Position numbers and translations under genes: made by a program. Below the pieces are notes generated by a model. The model made no database searches. It was not told the origin of the DNA and saw nothing but the letters and a program-made list of their open reading frames with translations. Source: Myxococcales bacterium (GTDB lineage Bacteria > Myxococcota_A > Polyangia > Polyangiales > Polyangiaceae). Taken from it: DNA of 64,000 bases. Shown one piece after another: positions 38,068 to 48,238 of the stretch. Position 1 is the first letter of the stretch; each line of letters starts with the position of its first letter. Location of the stretch: positions 1-64,000 of the forward strand of contig JAYTOU010000037.1 of assembly GCA_043747615.1 (NCBI GenBank), given 5' to 3'.

Positions 38068-38161
38068 TGTGCCCAAGCTTACGCTTCTCGCCCCACGAGG
38101 GCACGGGCGCAAGAACCACCGCCGCGATGTGAGCTCGCGGTGCTGCTGCCGTCCTCAGGAG

Positions 38162-39181
38162 TTAGGCCACGCGATCGCGGCCGCCGCGCTTGGCACGGTA
38201 GAGCGCTTCGTCGGCGATGCGGAGCATTACCTCGGAGGTGGGCGCTTCTGCGGAAGACGCCACCCCGATACTGACTGTGACCTGCAGGGACCCGCCGGAA
38301 AAAGAGATGGGCTTTGCGGAGATGGCTTTCCGCACGCGCTCGCCGGCGGTCGCGGCACCGTCGTGATCGCACGCCGGCAAGACGATGAGGAACTCTTCTC
38401 CACCGACCCGTCCGACCGCATCGGTGGGGCGAAGCGCTCCCCGCAGGCGCGCGCTCACCTGCCGAAGGACTTCGTCGCCGGCGGGATGCCCATAGCCATC
38501 GTTGATGGCCTTGAAGTGATCGATGTCGAGGGAGAGGATGGCGCACGGTTCGTCCGTCGTCGTGGCCGTCTCCATCTCGCGCCGCGCGATTTCGTGGATG
38601 GCTCCGCGGTTCCAGATCCGCGTGAGATCGTCCACCAGCGCCTTCTGCTCGAGGTGCTCGTTCTCCGCGGCCAGAGCCCTTTGATTTTCAGTGAGCTTCG
38701 CGACGTTGATCTCGTGCTCGGCAAGGCTCGCCAGATCCCGGAGCGAGGCCATGTCGTCGTCACTCATTACGCGCGGCACAAAGCCCGCGATGCAGAGGAC
38801 GCCCACATTTTCTCCGTCGAATTGCAGGGGAAAGCCCGCGTAGAAACGCACGCTCTGATCTCCCGCGTGCGCGTTTGGGTTGCCCACGAGGCGCGGGTCT
38901 TCCTGGGTGTCAGGAATGTAGCAAATGTCGTCATTGAGGATCGCGAACTGGCAGAACGAAGTCTCGCGCGCCGCCACGACCGCATCCATACCCTGCACCG
39001 ACTTCAGCCAGATACGCGTTTCGCCGATGAGGTCGATGACGGCGAGGGGGACGTTGAACATCCGCTTCGCCAGGCGCGTGATCTTATCGAAGCGCTCCTC
39101 CGCGGGAGTGCCCATCATCCGCAGCTTCTGGACCGCCAGGAGACGTTTGACTTCCCTGGCTGGTAAGACAGGAGCCGCCAT
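38162..39181 (-). CDS. GAF-GGDEF diguanylate cyclase
   Basis: GAF (ERFDKITRLA, RETSFC, RFYAGFPL), DIDHFKAINDGYGH, RxxD I-site RPTD, GGEEF. Confidence 0.95.
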   Translation of the reverse strand: MAAPVLPAREVKRLLAVQKLRMMGTPAEERFDKITRLAKRMFNVPLAVIDLIGETRIWLKSVQGMDAVVAARETSFCQFAILNDDICYIPDTQEDPRLVGNPNAHAGDQSVRFYAGFPLQFDGENVGVLCIAGFVPRVMSDDDMASLRDLASLAEHEINVAKLTENQRALAAENEHLEQKALVDDLTRIWNRGAIHEIARREMETATTTDEPCAILSLDIDHFKAINDGYGHPAGDEVLRQVSARLRGALRPTDAVGRVGGEEFLIVLPACDHDGAATAGERVRKAISAKPISFSGGSLQVTVSIGVASSAEAPTSEVMLRIADEALYRAKRGGRDRVA

Positions 39182-39422
39182 CGAACCTACTAACGGGCGC
39201 TCCGCCGCGCACTTAAGGCCACCGTCACTTTTACCGGCTGCGTGACGAGAAGCAAGGGGGCACATGCGTCGCACTCGACGGTCCTTCGTTTTTTTGATGT
39301 CGCTGGCGGGAGCTGCCGCCGCGCTCGCGAACGTCGCGTAGGTCGTGGTGCTCCCGGATGGCTCCCAAAGGAAAGGCGTGTTAACGACAGTTGCAAGCCA
39401 CGAGAACGAGAGGAACGCCAAC

Positions 39423-40238
39423 ATGACCATGACGTCGATTGCGCAGAAGCCCTACAAAGTAGCGGATGGCACCTGGGTCATCCCGGAGCTCTTTCCGGCC
39501 GCACCTGGGACGCTCGTTCCGATCTCTTCTGCCGTCATCGTCGGCAAAGAGCCGGTCGTGATCGATACCGGGACGGCGGGCAATCGCGAGCGATGGTTTC
39601 AGGCGCTCGGAACCATCGTCGACCCGGCCGACGTCCGATGGATCTTCATCACGCACGAGGACCCGGATCACGTCGGCAATCTGCTCGCACTGTTCGACAG
39701 AGCACCGAAGGCGACTGTCGTCATGACGTGGTTCATGGGCGAACGCTTGGCCGGTACGTTGAGCATCCCCCTCAATCGCCAGCGTTGGGTGAACGACGGC
39801 GATTCGTTCGACGTTGGCGATCGCACGCTCGCCGCGATTCGTCCGCCGCTCTTCGAATGCCCGACGACGCGTGGTCTGTATGATGCGAAAACCGGATTCT
39901 ACTGGGCCGCGGATGCGTTCTCGTCTTTCATGCAAGCCGAGGTCGAGAACGCCGATGACGTGCCGCAACCCCTGTGGGAGGGAACGTTCTCGGCGACCAA
40001 TCGCATGAACGCACCCTGGGTTTCGACGGCGAATCCCGAGAAGCTCGGCATCCAGGTCGCACGGCTCGAAGCGCTGAAGCTGTCCGTCGTCGCGTCCGCG
40101 CACGGTCCGACCATGACGGGGCCGCGCATCGCGACCGCGCTCAAAATGACCCGCGCGCTCGCCGGCGAGCCGGAAGTGCCACTCATGGGCCAGCGCGATC
40201 TCGAAGGTATTCTCGCTTCGATGCCAGGACTTGGCTGA
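39423..40238 (+). CDS. Metallo-beta-lactamase-fold protein (stand-alone FprA-like domain)
   Basis: VIDTG, THEDPDHVG, WAADAF, SAHGP. Confidence 0.88.
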   Translation: MTMTSIAQKPYKVADGTWVIPELFPAAPGTLVPISSAVIVGKEPVVIDTGTAGNRERWFQALGTIVDPADVRWIFITHEDPDHVGNLLALFDRAPKATVVMTWFMGERLAGTLSIPLNRQRWVNDGDSFDVGDRTLAAIRPPLFECPTTRGLYDAKTGFYWAADAFSSFMQAEVENADDVPQPLWEGTFSATNRMNAPWVSTANPEKLGIQVARLEALKLSVVASAHGPTMTGPRIATALKMTRALAGEPEVPLMGQRDLEGILASMPGLG

Positions 40239-40366
40239 CGGAAATCGTCGCGAAGCGCAGCGTGAGCCTCGAATCGATCAAGCCCGCCCAATGCCACGAT
40301 CGTCGTACGTCACCTCCCGTCGAGATCCTCGTTCCGTAGACCGAGCGGCCTCCGCGGCAATACACG

Positions 40367-40936
40367 TCAGTTCGGGGGAGGGCACGGCGTGGATGGGCTC
40401 GACGACAGCGGGCAGCACGCCTGCACCGTCTTGTCGCCGCTCATCGTCACGGTCGTGATCTTCGACTGATCGTGAGTCGCGGTCGTGTCTCCGGATGTGC
40501 CGACCCAATAGCCCCATACGAACGCCACCGCGCTGGCGGTGTCGCCGCTCAGAGTGACGACCGTGCCCGTCGGGACCGTAAGCGTCCGCAGCGACGCTGC
40601 GCTCGCGCCGCCGTCGTTCACGGAGACCGAGCACCATGCGAGGTAGTCCTCAATCTTCAATGTCGAGGTCGCGCCAGCGTCGCCGGCGTCGTTCGCCGCG
40701 CCGTCGGACGCGTCGGGTCGCGTGCCGGTATCGGTTTGCGACCCGGTGTCGACCAGTGAGCCGCCGTCGTTTGCGTCGGCGTGCGAGCCAGTGTCACCGC
40801 CGCTCGCAGAGTCGGAGTTGCCGGTCGTCGAGTCGGAGTTACCGCCGTCGGCAATGGCGTTGTCGTCACCGCCGCTGCACGCCGCGAAGGAAAGAGGAAT
40901 CGCGAGAACCGCCCAAGGCAAGAAGATAAAGCGCAT
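40367..40936 (-). CDS. Hypothetical lipoprotein
   Basis: Lipobox FAAC, D/G/S/T-rich linker, small Cys-containing C-terminal domain. Confidence 0.7.
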   Translation of the reverse strand: MRFIFLPWAVLAIPLSFAACSGGDDNAIADGGNSDSTTGNSDSASGGDTGSHADANDGGSLVDTGSQTDTGTRPDASDGAANDAGDAGATSTLKIEDYLAWCSVSVNDGGASAASLRTLTVPTGTVVTLSGDTASAVAFVWGYWVGTSGDTTATHDQSKITTVTMSGDKTVQACCPLSSSPSTPCPPPN

Positions 40937-41033
40937 CCGTGCATCATAGCGCGTTGCGCCTCGCAGGAGGGCCGTGACGATTCGCGCCGCACTTGTTAAA
41001 CTCGCGGCTTCCCAGTCGAAGGAGAGACTCATC

Positions 41034-41459
41034 ATGTTCGAAAGTCTGTTGTCCGAGTTCACGTCCTCGAAGCAAGCTCAAGACGCAACGGCCGCCCTCG
41101 CATCGAAGGGCTACAGCCCGGCCGACGCCGAGAAGTTCATCGCCGAGGCGCTCCCCGCGGCCAAGGAGGCGATGGAGCAGCAGACGGCGAGCCACCCGAA
41201 GCCGGAGGTCGGCCTGTTCAACCTCTTTGGCGGGCACGCGGGGAAGGAGTTTCTCATCGGCCTCACCGAGGGGATCGTCCGCGGTGACGGCGTCGTCGGA
41301 TCCTTCGAGGATGGCGGGATGTCGATGATCGCCGGGCACATCGCAGAGGTGATCGCCCCCAGGCTCAACATTAGCGCGGAGACCGCGGGAGACGTGGCCG
41401 CAGTCGTGGCCCCCTTCATTTTCCACTACGCGCACGAGAAGCTCGCGGCCAGCCAGTAG
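41034..41459 (+). CDS. Hypothetical protein
   Basis: AAGGAGAG RBS before ATG, 141-aa helical ORF. Confidence 0.7.
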   Translation: MFESLLSEFTSSKQAQDATAALASKGYSPADAEKFIAEALPAAKEAMEQQTASHPKPEVGLFNLFGGHAGKEFLIGLTEGIVRGDGVVGSFEDGGMSMIAGHIAEVIAPRLNISAETAGDVAAVVAPFIFHYAHEKLAASQ

Positions 41460-41573
41460 CATCGCGTCACTGCGCCGACACCTCGACGTGGTGAGCGCAG
41501 CCCGCGGTCCCGCCGGTGCTCCAGAAAAAGCCTTTCTGGGCCGGGCCGAGATCGCCCTTGCGAACGCTTCTCG

Positions 41574-43282
41574 TCAACCCGTCGATGACGTCGCGGGGAG
41601 CACAAGCACCATGCGCGCGCCCGCTCCGCTTCCGTCGTAGCTGAGTGTTCCGCCGTGCGCCTCGGCAATCTCGCGCGCGATGTAGAGCCCAATCCCGGAG
41701 CCACGCACGCCGACGTCGCCTTCGCGGTGGTGCTCGACGCGAAAGAATTTCTCGAAGATGCGCTCGCGGAACTCGGGAGGCACGCCAGGACCGGAGTCCT
41801 CGACGGCGACCGATACCGCAGCCTCAGTCCGCGTCACGACCGTAGAGATTTGTCCGCCCGCAAGAGTGTACTTCAACGCGTTCGCGAGCAGGTTGGCGAA
41901 GACGACGTGCAGACGGGCCGCATCGCCCCGCACCACGCACGAACGTGCGCCTTCGACGACCAGCGTGATCTCGGCCTCATCGCACGATAATCGGATCGCC
42001 TCCACTTCGCGCTGCAGGAGCGCGTCCACGTCTACGCGATCCATGTTCAAGCGCAGCTGGCCAGCCTCGATGCGCGTGAGATCCAAGAACTCGTCCACCG
42101 TGGCCGCGAGCTGATCGATACCGACCAGCGCAGTTCGCACCAGCTCTCGATCTCGGGCATCGAGCGCGGCGGCGTGCTCCTGGAGCAGGAGAAGCGTCAT
42201 GCGGAGCGTCGTGAGTGGGGTGCGTAGCTCGTGGGACGCGACCGCGATCAGCTCCGTCCGCATCTCGTCGAGACGCACCAGATCCGTCACGTCGGAGAGG
42301 ACAAGCACGGCGCCGCGACGGCCATGCGTAAACCCTTCGATCGCGACCACGCGCGGCAGGAGCTTTCGATTCGCATCGCCGACACGCAAAGCGATGGCTT
42401 GAGAGAGGTCGACCGCCGGAATGATTTCCTGCAGCTCCCCTGCGAGCGCCGCGCGGAGCGCAGTCTTCGTCCAGTCGGACACCGGGAGGTCGCTCAGCGT
42501 GTCCACGCGACTCGCGGAACGCATCACTTCGAGGGCGCGCGGGTTCGCAGACGCTACCGCTCCATCGGGCGACACGACGACCACGGCATCGGGGAACGCA
42601 GCCAGGGTCGCCTCGAGGGTCTCTTTTGCGCGAATGACCTCCTCGACGTTCGCCCGACGAAACGCGCCCAGATCGGCCGCCATGCGATTGAAGCCTTCAG
42701 CGAGCCTCCCGAGCTCGTCGGCGCGCTGATTGGGGACCCGGCGCTCGAAGTCACCCCGCCGCGTGCCCAGCTCGCGACGGTCTGTGCCGATCGGAAGTGG
42801 TCATCGCGAATCGTCGCCGCCTCGAAGACCGCACGGCGCAGCAAGGGATTGACGATCTCGTGATAGCGAAGCCGCGTCGCAGCGTCGTGCGCGCCGGCAA
42901 GCAGCTCGTCGCCCGCGCGATGATACGCATTGAGGTTGCGAACGAGCGAGGCGGAGGTTGCGCGCTCGCCCGCGCCGATGAGAAGTGCGTCGAGCGCCTT
43001 GAAAGCCTCCGACACGGAGGCGCGATCGAGCTCAAGGGCCTGTCTGCCCCGCGCTTCGTCAGCGAGCGTGAGAAGGAGCGCGTCGTCCTCGCGCTCGAGC
43101 GCCGTGGCCAGGGTCGCCGTCGCCGCGGTGGTCTGCTCGCTGTCGCGGAGCGTCGCGTCGACGACTCGGCTCACCTGTCTGAAGGACCAAGCGCTCCAGC
43201 CGCTCGAGACGGCGGTGGCCGCGACGAGCACCGCGCCCGCCAGAAGGAACTGCACCCGGATACCGAGAGCCAGCGGCTTCAT
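41574..43282 (-). pseudogene. Sensor histidine kinase (KinB-like; TM-sensor-HAMP-PAS-HisKA-HATPase) broken by an internal deletion/frameshift
   Basis: The 5' frame (MKPLALG...VASWAR) joins out of frame near 42760 to RRGDFERRVPNQRADELGRLAEGFNRMA (second half of HAMP). TM2 is absent. The rest has SHELRTPL, NALKY, GSGIGL. Confidence 0.85.
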
Positions 43283-43587
43283 GTGAGACCGTAACGCTTG
43301 CGCTTTCGTTGGAGCGTCGTGCTGTCGATCCCGAGCAGCTTTGCGGCCGTCTCGAGCGTCGGCGCCCGCGCGATGACGCGCGCGATGTGCTCGCGCTCGA
43401 GCGCCTCGAGTGAGACGTCGGCACCGAGGACGATATCGATCGAAGCGTCGCTGCCGGCGATGTGCTCGTTCGCCGCCGCCGGAATCCCGAGGTCCTCCGG
43501 CTCGATGCACGGTCCCGGGCTGAGGATCAGCGCTCGCTCGACTGCGTTGCGAAGCTCCCGAAGGTTACCTGGCCACCCGTAGCTTCG
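43279..43587 (-). pseudogene. 3' fragment of a sigma54-dependent response regulator (AlgB-like)
   Basis: Only YGWPGNLRELRNAVERA and the HTH (AAKLLGIDSTTLQRKRKRY) remain. No receiver, Walker or GAFTGA motifs. Confidence 0.88.
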
Positions 43588-43971
43588 GCAGTCTTCATGC
43601 GCGCGATGTTTTCGGACGGGCGGACCGAGGTCGATGCTTTCGACTCGGCCGACCGAGATTTCTCGCTCGGCGCAGTCGCGAAGGGAAAGCTGTGGCGACG
43701 ACCGCTGGACGTCGCCGGCGCTGGGGTCGCGGTAACGTGGATCTCGGAAGCCCACGCCCGCTACATGGCGAAGGGGGGCATCGACGCGTTCACAGGAGAC
43801 GGCGTGCTCCCCCGCCACGGGCCCGAGGAACTCCTAGAGGGATTCTACTCGCTCAATCTGTTCAAGGCTCTCTGGCTCGCAGTCGACTATCAATTCCTGG
43901 TCAACCCCGCTTACAACCGGGACCGCGGGCCCGAGCACGTGTTCGCCGGGAGGGTCCATGCGGAGTTTTGA
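43588..43971 (+). pseudogene. 3' fragment of a carbohydrate-selective (OprB-like) porin
   Basis: SDGRTE..AF, GDG, EELLEGFYS, DYQFLVNPAYNRDRGP, RVHAEF with terminal Phe. No signal peptide or N-terminal strands. Confidence 0.8.
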
Positions 43972-44959
43972 GTCGCGCTGCGCGCTTCGAGCGCTGGGCG
44001 TCCTACTGCTCATGCTGACGTGGCCGAGTTCGGCGTCGGCTCAAGAGCAGGCTCAGGGGTTCGACCTCGAGCGCCTCTACACGTCGGCGCCCGGCGCCGG
44101 CTGGCTCGTCATGGATAGCCTCGACATGCACGGCGGACTGGGTGGCGCAGTAAACCTCGTCACCAGCTACGCTCGCAACCCGCTGCGTGTCACGGACGGG
44201 ACGCACCATCTCACCGTTGTGTCGGACGAAGCGTTCCTTCAGCTCGGGGCTGCGGCAACGTACGGCCGATTCCGGTTCTACCTGACGCTCGATTCGCCCA
44301 TCATCGTTCGAGGCAATAGCGGAACGGTCGGCGCGTACACTTTCTCGCCGTCGAGCTTCGACCCATCTTCGTCGCCCGACGCGATATCACACGGACGCGT
44401 GGGCTTCGACGCGCGCGCCCTCGGCGGCTCTGCGAGCCCGTTCCGACTCGGGCTCGGCGGTCAGATCTGGTTTCCCGGTGGCGCGCCCGGCTCACTGCGA
44501 AATGGCTACCTGAGCGACGGACCGCCGGGCAATGGACTCGGCGCCTACAACGCGATGGTCCGCGTACTCTTCGCTGGAGACGCTCGCTTTCTCACGTACG
44601 CCGGGCACCTCGGGTTCCACCTCCGTGCGCTGGACGACTCGCCCACGCCGGGAAGCCCTCAAGGTAACGAGATGCTCTTCGGCGCCGCCGCCGGCGCGAA
44701 GCTCACCCAGTGCGACGCTTGCAACACCCGGCTCGTGATTGGACCAGAAATCTTCGGCGCGACGGCGACACGATCATTCTTCGGGGTAAACAGCACGGCG
44801 TTCGAAGGGCTTGTCACCGGGCGCATCGAAGGCACTGCCGATGACCGGCCCCAGCTTCGATTCAAGCTCGGTCTTGGCGGTGGGCTCAATCCACACTTTG
44901 GCGCGCCGGAGGCTCGGGTGGTTCTCGCTGTGGAGCTGTTCCAGCAAAGCTCGAAGTAG
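43958..44959 (+). CDS. Predicted outer-membrane beta-barrel protein (myxobacterial OmpA N-terminal-like, no peptidoglycan-binding domain)
   Basis: Signal peptide ASA|Q, GFDLERL, SYARNPL, IGPEIFG, FGAPEARVVLAVELF. Confidence 0.7.
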   Translation: MRSFESRCALRALGVLLLMLTWPSSASAQEQAQGFDLERLYTSAPGAGWLVMDSLDMHGGLGGAVNLVTSYARNPLRVTDGTHHLTVVSDEAFLQLGAAATYGRFRFYLTLDSPIIVRGNSGTVGAYTFSPSSFDPSSSPDAISHGRVGFDARALGGSASPFRLGLGGQIWFPGGAPGSLRNGYLSDGPPGNGLGAYNAMVRVLFAGDARFLTYAGHLGFHLRALDDSPTPGSPQGNEMLFGAAAGAKLTQCDACNTRLVIGPEIFGATATRSFFGVNSTAFEGLVTGRIEGTADDRPQLRFKLGLGGGLNPHFGAPEARVVLAVELFQQSSK

Positions 44960-45008
44960 GGGTGCAACGACAAGGGGCAAAGCGAGCACCGCGTGGCATG
45001 CTCGAGGG

Positions 45009-45521
45009 ATGAGCAAAGCGTTTACTCGAGACGACGCGGAGGAGGAGGCAGTCCTCGTCGTCGCGCGGGCGCCGCTCCCGACAGGGAAGCCGAACTATGT
45101 GACGCCACGCGGCCTCGCCGCTCTGCGCGAGGAGCTAGCGCTACTTGCCGGTGAGGGCGCGGCGCTCGAGGAGCTCGGCAACGACGCGGCGCGTGCGCGA
45201 GCGCGGCATGCGCGGGCGATGAAGATCGAGGCGCTCGAGGCGCGAATTGCGTCTGCAGAGGTCATCGACGGGCGCGCTGGCCCGCAGGACGAGGTCCGGT
45301 TCGGCGCCGACGTAACGCTGCGTGGAGAGGGGGGAGCTGAGCGGCATTTTCGGATCGTCGGCGTGGACGAGGCGGACGCACGGCACGGGCGGATCGCGTT
45401 CGTCGCGCCCCTCGCGCGGGCGGTGCTCGGAAAGCGGGTGGGCGACGCCGTCCTCGTAAGAACACCGAGCGGCGAGGAAGAGCTCGATGTGGTGGCCCTC
45501 TCCTACGACGACGTCGGGTAG
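45009..45521 (+). CDS. GreA/GreB family elongation factor (short variant)
   Basis: MSKAF, NYVTPRG, VRFGADV, RIVGVDEAD, IAFVAPLARAVLGKRVGD. Confidence 0.9.
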   Translation: MSKAFTRDDAEEEAVLVVARAPLPTGKPNYVTPRGLAALREELALLAGEGAALEELGNDAARARARHARAMKIEALEARIASAEVIDGRAGPQDEVRFGADVTLRGEGGAERHFRIVGVDEADARHGRIAFVAPLARAVLGKRVGDAVLVRTPSGEEELDVVALSYDDVG

Positions 45522-45599
45522 ACCGCCTCGACGAGCCCCGCCCTTGCGCGCGCGCGGATGGCGAGCGCTCGTCGCTCTTCTTAAGCGTACACTCTCCTC

Positions 45600-46556
45600 A
45601 TGACCCGAGTCGCATGCGGAACCGTGCTCTTGATGCTGGGAGGCTGCAGCACGTCTGCGGCGTCGGCGATCGCTGACGGAGGCGGCCGAGGCGACGGAAC
45701 GGACGCGGGGCTCACGGCGGATGTCGGCGCCGACGTCAGCGCAGAGGGAGACGCGCGGCGGCCGTCACCCGCGGCAATCCCGCCAACGACCACGTTCTAC
45801 TGGCAGATTTCTGGTGTCATCGATCCTGCACGTGCGGAGGCCATCTACGACGTCGATCTCTTCGACGCGGCTCCGGCCGGCTCATCTCTCCTCGAGTCGG
45901 ACGGGACCCGCGTCTCCATTCCGCTCGGCCGCAACCCGGGGATCGTTGGCGCGCTCCACGCGAAGGGGAAGAAGGTCGTCTGCTACGTCGACACCGGCGC
46001 GTGGGAGAACTACCGACCGGACAAGGATCTCTTTCCGCCGGACGTCCTCGGCACGACCGACGTCAACTGGCCTCTGGAGCGCTGGCTCGACATTCGTCCG
46101 AGCTCTTGGCCAAAGTTCGAGGGGCTCATTCTCGCGCGGTTCGATCTTGCCGCGAGCCTCGGCTGCGACGCGATCGAAGGGGATCAAAATAACTCGATGG
46201 GCAACAATCCCGGCTTTCCGATCGGGCTTGCCGACGAGGTGGCCTGGTACGCGGAGCTCGCCAAGCAGATCCACGCGCGCGGCATGGGCGCGATTATGAA
46301 GAACGGGATCGAGCTCCTCTCGGCCCCGAGCGCGGCGAGCACGGTCGCCCTCTACGAGGCCGCGCTCAACGAGTCGTGCAACCAGTTCAGCGAGTGCGGT
46401 GGCTACGCAAGCTTCGTCTCGGCCGGCAAAGCGGTGTGGAACGTGGAGTACACGACGGCAAGCGCCACCTTCTGTCCCCCAGACACGACGGCGAACTACG
46501 ACGGCTACTTCGCCAACCTCGCACTCGACGGGACGACCTGGAACGCGTGCCGGTGA
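45600..46556 (+). CDS. Endo-alpha-1,4-polygalactosaminidase (GH114-like) lipoprotein
   Basis: Lipobox LGGC, FYWQI, YDVDLF, VVCYVDTGAWE, ERWLDIR, MKNG, LNESC, VWNVEY. Confidence 0.87.
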   Translation: MTRVACGTVLLMLGGCSTSAASAIADGGGRGDGTDAGLTADVGADVSAEGDARRPSPAAIPPTTTFYWQISGVIDPARAEAIYDVDLFDAAPAGSSLLESDGTRVSIPLGRNPGIVGALHAKGKKVVCYVDTGAWENYRPDKDLFPPDVLGTTDVNWPLERWLDIRPSSWPKFEGLILARFDLAASLGCDAIEGDQNNSMGNNPGFPIGLADEVAWYAELAKQIHARGMGAIMKNGIELLSAPSAASTVALYEAALNESCNQFSECGGYASFVSAGKAVWNVEYTTASATFCPPDTTANYDGYFANLALDGTTWNACR

Positions 46557-46768
46557 ACCCCAAGCGCGATGCGCTCTCGAAGCTCTTCGCCGGCGTCCGT
46601 GATGGCGGGCAACGTCTGCAGTCGCTCAATGGATCGAACGCGATCAGGCCAGTTACGCGTTCACGACCCGCGCCGGATGCTCTCTTCTCTACGTCGCTAG
46701 CGTCGGCCACGTCGCCGGTGTTGATCCGAGTTGCGAGGCTCGCGGCTTCGTACAGAGAATCGGCGAAG

Positions 46769-48238
46769 TCACTTGCGAACGGTTAGCTCTCCCAGATGCA
46801 GCGCTTCGAGGTCCGAGCGAATCCGCGACGCGTCTCCGATGATCACGATCTGCATCGACTCCGTTGGCAGATGAGCCTTCGCCACGCGCTGCACGTCTTC
46901 AGCGGTGACCTCCAACGGGGCAAGGATTCGGGGCATGAAGCTTTCGAGCGGATCGCCATAGATCGCGGTCGGAGTGAGCGCACCCACCGTGTCGCCTTGC
47001 GTTTCCCACCCTCGGGTCACGGAGTCACTCCTTCCCTCCGAGAGCTCGCGCGCGTCCACCGGCTCGGCGCGAATGCGGTCGAGCTCACGGAGGACCTCTT
47101 TCACGCTTTCGGCGGTGTGCTCGCGTTCGACTGCAGCGCTGATGGCGAACGTCTGCGCGGCGCGCCCGAAGTTGAAGCGCGCATCGACGTGATACGAAAA
47201 GCCGTGGGTCCAACGCACGTTGCGATTGAGGCGACTGACCAGGCTACCGCCGAGGATCGCGGACAGAACGCGGAGGGCCGGAACGTCGCTGTCGTCGCGC
47301 GGTACGCCGACGCATCCAATCCGAATGTTGGATTGCGTGTCGCCCGGTCGATCCACGATCACGATGCTCCGCGGCTTCGCCTGCGGCCGGAGTGGAGGCG
47401 GCGCGAGTGGCGCGGCCACGCCGGTCCACCCCCCGAAGATGGTCTCGAATGCCGAGGCGAGTTTGGCGGACTCGAAGTCGCCGACCACGATCAGCGTGGT
47501 CGTCGCTGGCGCGAACGCCGCCGAATGAAACCGCTGAAGGTCGGCGCGGGTCAGACGCTTCACCGACTCCGCCGTTCCAGCGTATGGCTCGTGCAAAGGG
47601 TGCCCCGGCGGGTAGAGGATCGAGCCCATGGTCACGCTCGCGAGAACGGCGGGTAAGGTCTTCCACGTGTCCAGCGTCGTGAGCTGCGCGCGACGAATCA
47701 GCTCCAGATCTTCGGCCGGAAAAGTGCTGTTGCGCAATATGTCGGAAATACGCACAAGCGCCGGACGGAGGCTCGGCGCCGGGACCTTCACGTCCAGCGT
47801 CACGGCATCGGAGGAAACGTCGGCGTCGTAGACGGCGCCCATCTCGTTGAAGGCCTGTCGGAGAACTCCATCGCGCCGAAGGGACGTCCCCTGGAAGAGC
47901 ATCTGCGTCGCGAAGGCGGCCACTCCGACCGGCGCGCCGCCCGCGCCACGACCGACCACGACCCGGATGTTCACGAACGGTAGCTCATGTTGCTCGAGCG
48001 CGAGGAAGCGGACGCCATTCGGGAGGCGCGTCTCGCGGATATCTCTCAGGGCGCGGTGGACTGAGGCGCCCGGCGGCGGCGGAGTCTGGCGAAACTCCTC
48101 GTCGGGCATCTGCGTCGGGAAAACGTGCGACGGCTTCCAGGTCGTCGACGTCACAGGCAACGCCGGCCCAAACCGATCGGATTTGCCGCAGCCGAAAGCG
48201 CAAACTACGAAGACGAGGCGCGCCCAACGGAACATCAT
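46769..48238 (-). CDS. M16 peptidase, non-catalytic subunit (lipoprotein)
   Basis: LPNGV, no HxxEH, ILGGSLVSRLNRNVR..HGFSY, VTAEDVQRVA. Confidence 0.88.
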   Translation of the reverse strand: MMFRWARLVFVVCAFGCGKSDRFGPALPVTSTTWKPSHVFPTQMPDEEFRQTPPPPGASVHRALRDIRETRLPNGVRFLALEQHELPFVNIRVVVGRGAGGAPVGVAAFATQMLFQGTSLRRDGVLRQAFNEMGAVYDADVSSDAVTLDVKVPAPSLRPALVRISDILRNSTFPAEDLELIRRAQLTTLDTWKTLPAVLASVTMGSILYPPGHPLHEPYAGTAESVKRLTRADLQRFHSAAFAPATTTLIVVGDFESAKLASAFETIFGGWTGVAAPLAPPPLRPQAKPRSIVIVDRPGDTQSNIRIGCVGVPRDDSDVPALRVLSAILGGSLVSRLNRNVRWTHGFSYHVDARFNFGRAAQTFAISAAVEREHTAESVKEVLRELDRIRAEPVDARELSEGRSDSVTRGWETQGDTVGALTPTAIYGDPLESFMPRILAPLEVTAEDVQRVAKAHLPTESMQIVIIGDASRIRSDLEALHLGELTVRK

